Assembly (NCBI GenBank): GCA_964640175.1
Contig: CAZXFW010000001.1
Location: forward strand, 160,460-224,459
Source of the DNA: an uncultured Polyangiales bacterium
GTDB taxonomy: Bacteria; Myxococcota_A; Polyangia; Polyangiales; GCA-016699535
Direction of reading: 5' to 3'
DNA: 64,000 nucleotides
Below the pieces are notes generated by a model. It saw only the letters and a program-made list of their open reading frames with translations. It made no database searches and was not told where the DNA came from. Shown piece after piece: positions 9,932 to 20,144 of this stretch (position 1 is the stretch's first letter; each line of letters starts with the position of its first letter). The position numbers were made by a program, and so were the translations under genes.

Positions 9932-10248
9932 ATTCACGATGTATCAGTAACGATCCTTTTTTTAAATTAGTAATTTCAACAGATTGCAACCCATCTCTCA
10001 TATCAATTCTTAATTTTTTCTCCTGGGGCTGCCAATTGCCTCTCAACAATTTTTCATAGTAATTTGAGTGACTTACAAACTTTAAATGGATCAGCAATAG
10101 ACTCCCTGTATGGGCTCTGCTAGGTTGCCCTTCCTCTGTTGCACCATAGGGTGTGGTCATAGCTCGGCTCAGATGTGGGCTAGGTGGTGAGAAACAGGGC
10201 AGCCTTTCTAAAGAAGGCTTCCAGAGTTGTGTTGGGCGAGATCTAAGC

Positions 10249-10268
10249 TGTGGATAGCTTGTGGATCA
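10249..10268. promoter_or_regulatory. two tandem DnaA-box-like 9-mers upstream of dnaA
   Basis: TGTGGATAG (10249-10257) and TGTGGATCA (10260-10268). Each matches 8/9 of the complement of TTATCCACA and they are spaced 11 bp apart. An AT-rich tract lies at about 9950-10100. Confidence 0.55.
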
Positions 10269-10306
10269 ATGGAGGGTGGTGTGCAATTTTTAGGGAGAAA
10301 CTGGCT

Positions 10307-11653
10307 ATGAGCGCACTGTGGGAAGATGCGTTAAACACTCTACGAAGTCGGCTATCCCCGGAGAACTTCGAGACCTGGCTAAGCCCCATCGAATGCCGGA
10401 ACATCGAGCAACACACCCTGCACTTGGCCATTCCGAACAGCTTCTACGCGGAATGGATTGGCAGTCATTATCTTCCGCTTATTTTGGACACCATTCAGGC
10501 CCAACAAGGCGGTGTCCCCTACACCGTTCAGTGGACTGTGGACGAGTCGTTGCAGCCACCCACGCAATCATCCCCCACGGTACCCTCGGTAAGCCCAAGC
10601 CCTGCTCGCGTGACTTCTGTTCCTAAGGCACACTCGGGGCTCAATCCTAAGTACAGCTTTGATAACTTTGTTGTAGGTCCATCCAACCAACTCGCCTATG
10701 CCGCATGCATGTCTGCGGCTTCTAAGAGTGGCAAGCATGGCAATCCTTTGTTTATTTACGGTGGTGTGGGGTTAGGTAAAACTCATCTGGTCAATGCCGT
10801 AGGACACCGTTTTCTGGAACGTGAAGCCCGTTCACGTGTGCTTTATTTGTCCGCCGAATGTTTTACGAATGAGTTCATCTGGTCGCTGCAAAATGGCAAA
10901 ATGGACGATTTTCGGAATCGATACCGTAATCATTGCGATCTGTTGCTCATGGACGATATTCAGTTCCTTGCAGGAAGAGAGCAAACTCAAGAAGAATTTT
11001 TTCATACCTTTAACGCCCTTTATCATCTGGATCGACAGATTGTGGTCACCAGCGATGTTCCTCCTAAACAGATTCCAGGGATGCAAGAGCGGCTCATCAG
11101 TCGGTTTCAATGGGGCCTTGTCGCCGACATCCAAGCCCCCGAGCTCGACACGCGTATTGCGATTCTTCGCGCCAAAGCAGAGCAAGAACGTATTGAGCTT
11201 AGTAATGACGTAGCTCTGTTTTTAGCCCAAGCCATCCAAAGTAACGTGCGAGAACTTGAAGGCATCCTTCTTAGACTGGCTGTTAAGGCCGATCTGATGC
11301 AACGTCGTATCGACCTGGACTTTTCTAAAGAAGCGCTGCGGTCTGTGCTGCCTTGTCCTGATCAAGCCACCACCGTTGAGGACATTCAGCGTGCAGCCTG
11401 TGAATATTTCGGGATTAAAATCGCTGACATCAAGTCTCACCGACGTCACCGCGCCGTAGCGATGCCTCGAATGATCGCCATGTACCTCTGTCGACAACGT
11501 CTTGGCACAAGCTACCCCGAACTAGGAGACCGATTTGGTGGTAAAGACCACACAACTGTCATGAGCGCTGTGCGTAAAATCTCTTCCATCGTGGGAGACG
11601 ACTCCACCGTTCGTGAGGCTGTTCAATCCATTGAACGCAAACTTGGCTTGTGA
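10307..11653 (+). CDS. dnaA: chromosomal replication initiator DnaA
   Basis: Canonical N-terminus MSALWEDALNTLRSRLSPENFETWL, Walker A GGVGLGKTHL, and the C-terminal DNA-binding signature HTTVMSAVRKI. The ORF-track start at 10250 would overlap the DnaA boxes, so ATG 10307 is preferred. Confidence 0.95.
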   Translation: MSALWEDALNTLRSRLSPENFETWLSPIECRNIEQHTLHLAIPNSFYAEWIGSHYLPLILDTIQAQQGGVPYTVQWTVDESLQPPTQSSPTVPSVSPSPARVTSVPKAHSGLNPKYSFDNFVVGPSNQLAYAACMSAASKSGKHGNPLFIYGGVGLGKTHLVNAVGHRFLEREARSRVLYLSAECFTNEFIWSLQNGKMDDFRNRYRNHCDLLLMDDIQFLAGREQTQEEFFHTFNALYHLDRQIVVTSDVPPKQIPGMQERLISRFQWGLVADIQAPELDTRIAILRAKAEQERIELSNDVALFLAQAIQSNVRELEGILLRLAVKADLMQRRIDLDFSKEALRSVLPCPDQATTVEDIQRAACEYFGIKIADIKSHRRHRAVAMPRMIAMYLCRQRLGTSYPELGDRFGGKDHTTVMSAVRKISSIVGDDSTVREAVQSIERKLGL

Positions 11654-11870
11654 ATAGTTTGGTGGATAACCCTGGGGAATACGTGCTCATAACTCTTTTA
11701 TGGATTTCATTCACAACTTACCCCACCTCGAATCCACAAAGGCTTGTTCCTTAATTAACTAAGAAACAAAACTAGTTGCAAACCTTTTTCCCCAATTCAC
11801 AGTTTCTACGACGACTATTGATTTAAATTAAAAGGTATCTGATCTATAGAAGCAAAAGGGATAAGTTCTC
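11654..11870. other. candidate oriC segment (dnaA-dnaN spacer)
   Basis: 217-bp non-coding spacer with GGTGGATAA (11661-11669, 8/9 DnaA box), GAATCCACA (11730-11738, 7/9) and an AT-rich stretch at about 11810-11850 (ATTGATTTAAATTAAAAGGTATCTGATCTATAG). Confidence 0.45.
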
Positions 11871-13013
11871 ATGGAGTTCATCATAAGCAAACACAGCTTG
11901 CTACGAGGGTTGAACCGAACACATACGGTTGCCGATCGCAAAAGCTCGATGCCTATCCTTTCGAACATACTGCTCACTGTTCAAGGACCCGGTAAGCTCG
12001 AATTATCGTCAACAGATTTGTACCTCAGCGTGCAATCTCAGGTGGAAGCTGACGTCAAAAAAGGCGGCTCCATTGCCGTTTCGTCACGCACGCTTTACGA
12101 AATCGTCAAGAACTTACCAGATGCTGATATCCGTTGGCAGGTAACGGAAAACCATTCGTCTCAGCTTCAGTGCGGTAAGGTGAAATACAAGCTTCCTTGC
12201 CTCTCTGGCGAAGACTTTCCAACGTTACCAAGTCCTGGGAATGCCAAGTTTACAGAAGTCTCTACAGAGGCCTTATTGGAGCTTATCGGACTAACTCAGT
12301 ACGCCATGTCCCATGATGACACACGTCCTCATTTGGCGGGGGCATTGTTTGAAGGTGATGGCAATGTCATCCGAATGGTGGCAACGGATGGGCATCGCTT
12401 GTCAAAAGCTGAGTGTGCTCATAGCAGTGCCAAGGAACAATTAAACTTTTCAATGCTAATCCCGGCAAAAGGCATTACTGAGCTTAAACGCTTGATTGAA
12501 GACACAGGAGCCTCTCGTGGAAACAAATCCGAAGAAGGAGCTGCTTCAAGCGTGGAAATCGTCAAGGTTGGCAATAGCGCGTTTTTCCGACGAGGCGACG
12601 TTCAGCTAAGTGTAAAACTTTCTGAAGAGCAGTTTCCTCCCTACAACAAGGTTATTCCACAGTCACAGCAGCGTGAGATTGTAGCGCTGCGTACATCGTT
12701 GACAGAGGCACTCAAACGCATCAGTTTGGTGGCTTCTGACAAGAGTGGAGGGGTTCGGCTTAATATCAGCGCGGGGACCCTTCAAATCACTAGCGAAAAC
12801 CCAGATGTGGGTGAAGGCAGTGAAGAGTTAAGTGTGGATTTTGCAGGAGAGCCTATCGTTGTTGGATTTAATGCACGATACATGATTGATGTGCTTGGTG
12901 CGCTCAAATCAGACGAAGTGAAGCTTAGTTTAGGTGGAGAGTTGGATCCTGGCGTCCTTCGTTCCGTAAGTGACGCCAACTTTGTTGGGGTCATTATGCC
13001 GATGCGGATCTAA
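11871..13013 (+). CDS. dnaN: DNA polymerase III beta sliding clamp
   Basis: 380 aa in the expected position after dnaA. Conserved blocks: LSNILL, ATDGHRL, and C-terminal MPMRI. Confidence 0.95.
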   Translation: MEFIISKHSLLRGLNRTHTVADRKSSMPILSNILLTVQGPGKLELSSTDLYLSVQSQVEADVKKGGSIAVSSRTLYEIVKNLPDADIRWQVTENHSSQLQCGKVKYKLPCLSGEDFPTLPSPGNAKFTEVSTEALLELIGLTQYAMSHDDTRPHLAGALFEGDGNVIRMVATDGHRLSKAECAHSSAKEQLNFSMLIPAKGITELKRLIEDTGASRGNKSEEGAASSVEIVKVGNSAFFRRGDVQLSVKLSEEQFPPYNKVIPQSQQREIVALRTSLTEALKRISLVASDKSGGVRLNISAGTLQITSENPDVGEGSEELSVDFAGEPIVVGFNARYMIDVLGALKSDEVKLSLGGELDPGVLRSVSDANFVGVIMPMRI

Positions 13014-13014
13014 G

Positions 13015-14151
13015 GTGTGTGCTCAATCTAAGACACAACCCATTACGCCGTTACGCATTGTTTCTATTCATCTGGATAATTACCGAAACCTGGGCAAAGT
13101 TCGATTGTGTCCAGGTCCACGCTTTAACGTAATTTCCGGTCCAAACGGTGCTGGCAAAAGCAATCTTCTGGAAGCGATTTATTACATTAGCGCGCTCAAG
13201 AGCTACCGTCACTCGCGTACAGAAGACCTGATCTCCCATGATCACGTGGGCTGTCACATGGCAGCACGGATTAATGGAGAAGTACTTCCCGAAGATATTG
13301 CTATCGTCTTAAGTCGTACCGATCCAAGAAAAGTACGACGTAATGGAAAGCGACCAACATCAGCGGCTCACTATAAAACATATGTGCCTGCCGTTATTTT
13401 CCATCCAGGTGATATAGAATTACCTACAGGGAGCCCTGAGCTAAGACGAACATTTATAGACCGAATTTTAGAGCAAATGGATCCAACGTATACCGCGACC
13501 ATGAATACCTATAGACATGCGCTTCGAAGTCGCAATCGCATACTAAAAACAGATTCAAAAAACGTTGCTTCAATTCGCGCGTACGATGGCATTCTTGCTT
13601 CGTGTGCAGAAGTGATAGGAATTTCTCGAACGACGTTGTTAGAAGAACTTTCAGAAGAAGTTTCATCAGCGTTTCATTCAATTCACGGAGAAACGCACAA
13701 GGTTGAGTTAACGTATGCGCCCTCTGTTGCTCCTAATCGGAATGCACAATTGTCCGCGTTAGAAATCTCTTTGGAACGCGATCAACAAAAAGGTTACACA
13801 ACACGTGGGCCGCACGCTGACGATCTTATTATTGTGTTTAACAAAAAGCCCGTGAAACATTTTACGTCACAAGGACAAAACAGAGCGATTGTACTTGCGT
13901 TGAAAACCGCAGAACTTCAAATTCTTACTCGAAAAACATCGAGGGTTCCTATGCTCTTACTTGATGATGTTTCAAGTGAACTTGATCGAAAACGAAATAA
14001 ACAGTTTTTTGCGTTGCTCGCTGATTTGGGAGCACAGGTGTTTCTTAGCACAACACATCCAGAGTTTATTATTTTGGAAGATGAGCGAGAAGATTTTTTT
14101 ATAGAGAATGGTGTTATTGAACAAAGAAAATTAGAAGTAGCTGCCTGCTAA
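13015..14151 (+). CDS. recF: DNA replication/repair protein RecF
   Basis: Walker A GPNGAGKSNLLEA, signature SQGQNR, Walker B LLLDDVSSELD. GTG 13015 sits just after the dnaN stop; the ORF-track start at 12970 would overlap dnaN. Confidence 0.9.
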   Translation: MCAQSKTQPITPLRIVSIHLDNYRNLGKVRLCPGPRFNVISGPNGAGKSNLLEAIYYISALKSYRHSRTEDLISHDHVGCHMAARINGEVLPEDIAIVLSRTDPRKVRRNGKRPTSAAHYKTYVPAVIFHPGDIELPTGSPELRRTFIDRILEQMDPTYTATMNTYRHALRSRNRILKTDSKNVASIRAYDGILASCAEVIGISRTTLLEELSEEVSSAFHSIHGETHKVELTYAPSVAPNRNAQLSALEISLERDQQKGYTTRGPHADDLIIVFNKKPVKHFTSQGQNRAIVLALKTAELQILTRKTSRVPMLLLDDVSSELDRKRNKQFFALLADLGAQVFLSTTHPEFIILEDEREDFFIENGVIEQRKLEVAAC

Positions 14152-14152
14152 G

Positions 14153-15646
14153 GTGAGATGCGTGAAGGCAATTGTAATTGGTTCAGGGTTTGGTGGTCTT
14201 GCGGTAGCCATTCGGCTTGCTCGACGAGGATACGATGTGACCGTCCTGGAACGTTTAGACCAGCCAGGAGGAAGAGCGAGGGTTTTCAAACAAGATGGGT
14301 TTACATTTGATGCAGGCCCAACCGTAATTACAGCACCCTTTCTTTTCGAAGAACTTTGGTCGCTTTGTGGCCTTTGTATGAAAGACGAAATTGATCTGCG
14401 TCCCGTAGATCCATTTTATCGGATACGATTTGATGACGGAGAAGTATTTAATTACACCGGTGATCCGAATGCGATGCATACGGAGATTGCACGTATTAAT
14501 CCTGACGATGTCACAGGGTATGAAGCATTTTTTAAACAGAGTGAGGCGATTTTTCGAGTTGGTTTTCAAGAGCTTGCAGATGTTCCGTTTGATTCGATTC
14601 AAAGTATGCTGCGAATTGTGCCAAAAATGGCACGGCTTAAGAGCTATCGTACCGTCTACAATCTGGTTTCAAGCTATATAAAACATCCGAAGTTGAGACA
14701 GGTTTTTAGTTTTCATCCATTACTTGTTGGTGGAAACCCGTTTTCAACCACATCTATTTATGCACTGATTGCTTTTCTGGAACGAAAATGGGGAGTGCAT
14801 TTTCCCATGGGCGGGACAGGTGTTCTTGTACAGGGGATGGTTCGGCTACTCGAACGCTGTGGGGGTGAGTTGAAGTTGCGAACAAATGTGGAAGAAATTC
14901 TGGTTGAACAAAATCGGGTCAAAGGCGTGAGAATCTCTGGAGGGCAAGAACTAAATGCAGACATTATAGTTTCTAACGCAGATTCTGCATGGACCTACCG
15001 GTATCTGATTCCTCATAAATTCCGAAAGACGTGGACCGATCCTAAGCTTGATCGTGCGCGGTATTCCATGGGACTCTTTGTTTGGTACTTTGGAACATCG
15101 TGTGTCTATCCCGATGTAAAGCACCATACCATTCTTCTGGGACCGCGTTATCGTGAGTTGTTGCGCGACATTTTTGATCGTAGGATTCTTGCAAAAGATT
15201 TTAGCCTGTATTTGCATCGACCTACGGCAACCGATTCTCGTTTAGCCCCATCAGGCAAAGATGCATTTTATGTGCTTTCTCCGGTGCCTCATTTACAAAG
15301 TGGCATCAATTGGAATGAGACAGCCGAATATTATCGACAAGCGATTGCCTCTTATTTGTCGAGTTCGATTCTTCCTAATCTTGAAGCCAATGTTGTCACT
15401 TCAAAGGTGATGACTCCGCAGCATTTCCAAGATGAACTTTTAGCGTTTCGAGGTGCAGCGTTTAGTTTCGAGCCAATCTTCAGTCAAAGTGCTTACTTTC
15501 GTCCGCATAACCAAAGCAAAGATATCAAAGGCTTATATTTTGTCGGGGCAGGCACCCATCCAGGAGCAGGTGTTCCAGGCGTATTGTCGTCTGCACGTGT
15601 CATCGATCGACTATTGTCCACGAAGCCCTGCGGGGCTCAGGGTTAA
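14153..15646 (+). CDS. crtI: phytoene desaturase
   Basis: 497 aa with the N-terminal dinucleotide fold IVIGSGFGGLA, the C-terminal carotenoid-desaturase signature GLYFVGAGTHPGAGVPGV, and an adjacent crtB. Confidence 0.85.
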   Translation: MRCVKAIVIGSGFGGLAVAIRLARRGYDVTVLERLDQPGGRARVFKQDGFTFDAGPTVITAPFLFEELWSLCGLCMKDEIDLRPVDPFYRIRFDDGEVFNYTGDPNAMHTEIARINPDDVTGYEAFFKQSEAIFRVGFQELADVPFDSIQSMLRIVPKMARLKSYRTVYNLVSSYIKHPKLRQVFSFHPLLVGGNPFSTTSIYALIAFLERKWGVHFPMGGTGVLVQGMVRLLERCGGELKLRTNVEEILVEQNRVKGVRISGGQELNADIIVSNADSAWTYRYLIPHKFRKTWTDPKLDRARYSMGLFVWYFGTSCVYPDVKHHTILLGPRYRELLRDIFDRRILAKDFSLYLHRPTATDSRLAPSGKDAFYVLSPVPHLQSGINWNETAEYYRQAIASYLSSSILPNLEANVVTSKVMTPQHFQDELLAFRGAAFSFEPIFSQSAYFRPHNQSKDIKGLYFVGAGTHPGAGVPGVLSSARVIDRLLSTKPCGAQG

Positions 15647-15649
15647 AGC

Positions 15650-16561
15650 ATGTACCCAGAATATGAGTCAGACATACGTGTATGCCAACGCATTCTTGAA
15701 AAAGGTTCTAAGAGTTTTAGTCAAGCGGCAAGGCTTTTGCCTCGTTCCATGCGACAAGCAAGTTCTGCAGTATATGCATTTTGTCGAGTAGCTGACGACG
15801 CTATTGACACACGAGAAACACATACTGCGCTTAAAGATCTGCGCAACATGTTGAACCGTGTCTATTCAGACATACAGCATGATGGTGCTATTGAAAGGGC
15901 ATTGTGTGCTGTCGTAAAGCGTTATCGCATTCCACGCATAGTATTTGATGCATTATTGGAAGGGTTTTCTTGGGACCGTGAAAACCGTCAATATGCGGCG
16001 ATAGATGACTTGGAACATTATTGTGCGCGTGTGGCTTCGACCGTCGGAGTGATGATGACGTTAATTTCTGGGGTGCGTGATCCTTTGGTGCTTGCGAGAG
16101 CTTGTGAGATGGGTCTAGCCATGCAGCTTACTAACATTGCTCGAGATGTGGGAGAAGATGCTCGGCAAGGCAGAATCTATCTGCCACTTGAGTGGCTTCA
16201 AGTACATGGAGTGTCTCCAGAATCTTTGCTGAACAAACCTGTGTACAGTGACGAGCTTGGTTTAGTCGTTAAAAAACTACTTGAACGTGCCCAGCGGTAC
16301 TATGAGTCCGGCTCGTTGGGATTGGCATATTTGCCCAAAGAAAGCCAACCTGCGATGTGGGCTGCTCGATTTATCTATGCAGACATTGGCCGTGTGATTG
16401 CGAATCAAAAGTACAATAGCATTGATTCCCGTGCATACACGAGCTTTCCCCGAAAACTATGGTTGCTCTTGCGGGCCATTTTTGCTTACTCTAGTCAGCG
16501 AAAGCCTTTAACCATTACGACAACCAATTCAGTGCAGTTTTTAGTCCATGCTGTGGAATAA
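15650..16561 (+). CDS. crtB: phytoene synthase
   Basis: 303 aa of the squalene/phytoene synthase family: YAFCRVADDAID and NIARDVGEDARQGRIYLP Asp-rich motifs. Confidence 0.85.
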   Translation: MYPEYESDIRVCQRILEKGSKSFSQAARLLPRSMRQASSAVYAFCRVADDAIDTRETHTALKDLRNMLNRVYSDIQHDGAIERALCAVVKRYRIPRIVFDALLEGFSWDRENRQYAAIDDLEHYCARVASTVGVMMTLISGVRDPLVLARACEMGLAMQLTNIARDVGEDARQGRIYLPLEWLQVHGVSPESLLNKPVYSDELGLVVKKLLERAQRYYESGSLGLAYLPKESQPAMWAARFIYADIGRVIANQKYNSIDSRAYTSFPRKLWLLLRAIFAYSSQRKPLTITTTNSVQFLVHAVE

Positions 16562-17282
16562 CACATTAACTATCAAACAGGATCTCGCTAAACGTTTTGA
16601 TGAAATTGCTCATCGGTATGATCTTTTAGCAGCACTCAATCCTGGATACGCCAAACATTTGCACTGGAGTGCAAAGCGCATGGGATTGTCTAATAAATCA
16701 CGAATTTTAGATGTGTGCTGTGGTACGGGCCTTTCAACACTTGCTTTAAGCCATACATACCCAGACGCGACGATTGATGCTGTGGATATTTCCACAGAGA
16801 TGCTGGAACACGCAAAATCGAAATTTTATCAAGCAAGAGTGAATTTTGTAAAAGGGAACGCCATGTCGCTTCAAGATTCCGGAATACGGGGGCCCTATGA
16901 CGGCATTTTCATGGCATATGGGATACGGAATGTTCCCGATCCTGATTCCTGTTTGGAACACCTGCGTTCCTTACTTATTCCTCGTGGGACGCTATGCTTG
17001 CATGAGTATTCCGTGAGAGATTCGCTACGTAGTAAAACAATATGGAATGCTGTGAATTTGGGGGTGATCTGGCCGTGCGGGCTACTGACATCACCCAAAT
17101 CAGATATTTATCGGTATTTATGGAAAAGCGTCATGGAGTTTGATGGCGTTCGAGAGCTGGAAGGGCGACTAAGGAGCATGGGCTACACAGACGTCCATTC
17201 GAAAACTATGGATGGGTGGCAAAAAGATATCGTGCATTCGTTTTTAGCCACGGCTCCCTGTGAGCAGCACGGTAACGTGTGA
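16548..17282 (+). CDS. class I SAM-dependent methyltransferase (UbiE/COQ5-like)
   Basis: SAM motif I ILDVCCGTGLSTL. Overlaps crtB (14 nt) and the next gene (4 nt), which implies an operon. Confidence 0.75.
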   Translation: MLWNNTLTIKQDLAKRFDEIAHRYDLLAALNPGYAKHLHWSAKRMGLSNKSRILDVCCGTGLSTLALSHTYPDATIDAVDISTEMLEHAKSKFYQARVNFVKGNAMSLQDSGIRGPYDGIFMAYGIRNVPDPDSCLEHLRSLLIPRGTLCLHEYSVRDSLRSKTIWNAVNLGVIWPCGLLTSPKSDIYRYLWKSVMEFDGVRELEGRLRSMGYTDVHSKTMDGWQKDIVHSFLATAPCEQHGNV

Positions 17283-18808
17283 GTGCTTCAACCACAGATG
17301 TCTTAGTGGTAGGCGGAGGCCTTGCTGGAGTAGCTGCTGCAACAGCGATTGCAGAGCAGGGGATTAAAGTCACTTTACTTGAACAGGAAAATCATCTTGG
17401 CGGCAGGCTTGCAGGATGGACAGAGCAGTTGCCTGATGGGACCACACTTCAAATGGAACGTGGGTTTCACGCATTCTTCAGACAGTACTACAACCTCCGT
17501 CAGCTTTTGCGACGCATAGACCCCACTCTCACGAAGCTCAAACCCTTAAAAGACTATCCCATAGTGGGTCCCCATGGATTAAGTCAGTCATTTGCTGGCT
17601 TGCGTACACATGCGCCGATGAACGTGATTGATTTAGTAAGGCAGACGGACACACTCAAGCTAAAGCACCTTCTTAGGATTAATAAGCGTGCAGCATTGGA
17701 AATGTTGGCTTTTGATACGGAACAAAGCTATGCGATGTTTGATCAGCTTTCGGCTAAAGATTACCTGGATTCACTAAAGTTTCCTCAAGAAGCAAGGCAC
17801 ATGCTCTTTGATGTGTTTTCTCATTCTTTTTTCAATCCAGAAGACAACATGTCCGCTGCAGAAATGTTGGCCATGTTTCATTTCTACTTCATGGGCAATC
17901 CTGAAGGCTTGCTGTTTGATGTGATGCGAGAGCCTTTCTCCACAACCATATGGCATCCATTTGAGCAATATCTTGCCAAAACTGGCGTAATATTAATAAA
18001 AAATTGTCAAGCGTTACGTGTTCACCCGCGTCCACACGGTTTTACCATTCAAGCCCGACAAGACACGCAATACGCCGAGTTCCAGACAAAAACATTAATT
18101 CTGGCACTCAATGTACCAGGCATTCAACGTGTTATACGTGACTCACCTGAACTTGGGGATGTGTTGTGGAGAAAAAGCATTGAATCCCTGCGCACAACTG
18201 CTCGGTTTGTGGTGTGGAGATTGTGGTTGGATCGTCCTGTTTGGCCAGATCGTGCGGAATTTGTGGGAACGACTGGAGTGGGGCTTTTAGATAACATCTC
18301 TTTGTATCATCGCATTGAAAAAGAGTCTGCACAGTGGGCTACTCAGACAGGCGGAAGCGTGGTGGAGCTTCATGCGTATGCGGTGGCGCCTGAGATAGAG
18401 GAGGCAGCGATTAAGGAGAACCTCTTGCAGGGATTAAATGCGCTCTATCCAGAAACTTCACAAGCGGGTATCGTGCACCATCGCTTTATGATTCATCAGG
18501 ACTGTCCGGCGTTTGCTCCAGGAAGTTACACCTTGCGGCCAGGTGTTATCAGTAGTCATCCTCAGTTAATGATAGCCGGTGATTTTGTGCGCCTTCCCTT
18601 TCCGTCAGCGTTGATGGAGCGTGCTGTGACGAGTGGATTTCTTGCTGCGAATCATCTGTTGCAACAACAGGGGTTACCCACGGTGCCCATTCATCGGATT
18701 CCTTCAAAGGGCCTGGCTTCATGGATACACAAAAAGCCTGATTTTAAGGATGCATACCGCCATGTGCAAAACACAGTTCTAGAAAAAACTAACTTCTTAA
18801 GGTCTTAA
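17279..18808 (+). CDS. FAD-dependent oxidoreductase, amine-oxidase/carotenoid-desaturase superfamily
   Basis: N-terminal VLVVGGGLAGVAAA...LLEQENHLGGR dinucleotide fold, 509 aa, within the crt operon. The specific reaction cannot be assigned. Confidence 0.7.
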   Translation: MSASTTDVLVVGGGLAGVAAATAIAEQGIKVTLLEQENHLGGRLAGWTEQLPDGTTLQMERGFHAFFRQYYNLRQLLRRIDPTLTKLKPLKDYPIVGPHGLSQSFAGLRTHAPMNVIDLVRQTDTLKLKHLLRINKRAALEMLAFDTEQSYAMFDQLSAKDYLDSLKFPQEARHMLFDVFSHSFFNPEDNMSAAEMLAMFHFYFMGNPEGLLFDVMREPFSTTIWHPFEQYLAKTGVILIKNCQALRVHPRPHGFTIQARQDTQYAEFQTKTLILALNVPGIQRVIRDSPELGDVLWRKSIESLRTTARFVVWRLWLDRPVWPDRAEFVGTTGVGLLDNISLYHRIEKESAQWATQTGGSVVELHAYAVAPEIEEAAIKENLLQGLNALYPETSQAGIVHHRFMIHQDCPAFAPGSYTLRPGVISSHPQLMIAGDFVRLPFPSALMERAVTSGFLAANHLLQQQGLPTVPIHRIPSKGLASWIHKKPDFKDAYRHVQNTVLEKTNFLRS

Positions 18809-18812
18809 CACC

Positions 18813-20144
18813 ATGTCAGGTATTTCACTTCGTACCGCGATGTTTCTTGTCGTTGCCAGTATGGTTGGCACGGGGATTTTTACCACGACAGGACTTCTGG
18901 CAAGGGATTTGAGTTCTGGATGGTTAATTTTGCTTACTTGGATTCTTGGGGGTGGCCTTGCGTTATCGGGGGCGCTTGCTTACGCGGAATTGTGCTCTCG
19001 CTATCCACGTAGTGGAGGTGAGTATTGGCTACTTGGACAGGTGTATCATCCCGCATTGGGATTCATCGCAGGAATCGTTTCAATTTTTGTAGGATTTGCG
19101 GCTACGGTAGCGGTGTCTGCAGCTGCATTTGCACAGTACATGGGCCGTATATTTCCAGGAATTCCTCAGACGGTTATTTCCATAGGACTGGTTTTGGTGC
19201 TTTCTGTGGTGCACACGCTACGCACTCAAAGTGCAGCAGCATTTCAAGACATTACAACCATCGGGCGTTATGCACTCACTGTACTTGTGGCACTAATTAC
19301 CATTATTGTGGGGTGGGGTAACGTACCTGATCCTTGGATCGCAAGTACATCAGAGAAGATTTTTTCAGCACCCTCTTTTGCAGTGGGACTTGTCTGGGTG
19401 GTGTACGCTTACAGTGGGTGGAACGCAGCATCGTATATTGTGGATGATGTCGATAACCCACAATGGACAGTACCAAGGGCGTTGTTATATGGCGCAGCGA
19501 TTGTAACGGGGCTGTATGTTTTAGTGAATGTGGCGTACCTCGTGTCAGTACCACGTGCGGAGCTGGCCGGAGTCGTGGAAGTTGCCTATGTTGTGGGAGA
19601 CAAGGTAGGCGGGCAGATTGCAGCAAAACTTATTTCAGTGGTGATCGCCTTTGGATTGATTTCGACAGCAGGCGCATACACCATGATAGGTGCCCGCATA
19701 TACCAAGTCATCGCGGATGATTATCCTAAACTCCACTGGATGGCTCCCAATGCCAGCGCAACGCGTGTATCAAGACGCGCAGTATGGATACAAGCATTTA
19801 TAGTGTCCTCCTTGCTGTTGTCTGCAACCTTTGAAGGTCTTTTGACCTATGTAGGGTTCATGCTCTCTTTGTTTTCTGCACTTACTGTGGGCGGTGTTTT
19901 CGTGGCTCGTTGGCGAAACCCTTCCGTTAAGCCATCCTACACAACGTGGGGCTATCCATTCACGCCAGCGATGTTCCTAATATTCATGACATGGATCGTG
20001 GTATATGCAGCCATCGAGCGTCCCATGGTTGCAGTTGCAGGAGTTGCCATTTTTGTGGGTGGTGGAATTTTATATCGTTTTGTAGCTACTCCCACTGAGG
20101 CTCATGCCCTGAATGAGGCACATGGTAAGGAAGTAACTAACTAG
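18813..20144 (+). CDS. APC-superfamily amino acid/polyamine permease
   Basis: 443 aa with about 12 TM segments and an N-terminal VVASMVGTGIFTTTG motif typical of APC transporters. Confidence 0.8.
   Translation: MSGISLRTAMFLVVASMVGTGIFTTTGLLARDLSSGWLILLTWILGGGLALSGALAYAELCSRYPRSGGEYWLLGQVYHPALGFIAGIVSIFVGFAATVAVSAAAFAQYMGRIFPGIPQTVISIGLVLVLSVVHTLRTQSAAAFQDITTIGRYALTVLVALITIIVGWGNVPDPWIASTSEKIFSAPSFAVGLVWVVYAYSGWNAASYIVDDVDNPQWTVPRALLYGAAIVTGLYVLVNVAYLVSVPRAELAGVVEVAYVVGDKVGGQIAAKLISVVIAFGLISTAGAYTMIGARIYQVIADDYPKLHWMAPNASATRVSRRAVWIQAFIVSSLLLSATFEGLLTYVGFMLSLFSALTVGGVFVARWRNPSVKPSYTTWGYPFTPAMFLIFMTWIVVYAAIERPMVAVAGVAIFVGGGILYRFVATPTEAHALNEAHGKEVTN

Noticed and set aside
9918-10160. 80-aa minus-strand ORF in the AT-rich region upstream of dnaA
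   Set aside because: It lies in the candidate origin / dnaA promoter region, has no Shine-Dalgarno sequence or motifs, and is more likely non-coding.
14153-14160. Absence of gyrB after recF, considered as evidence of a rearrangement
   Set aside because: The dnaA-dnaN-recF-gyrB order is common but not universal. No breakpoint signature (repeats or mobile genes) is visible at the recF/crtI junction.
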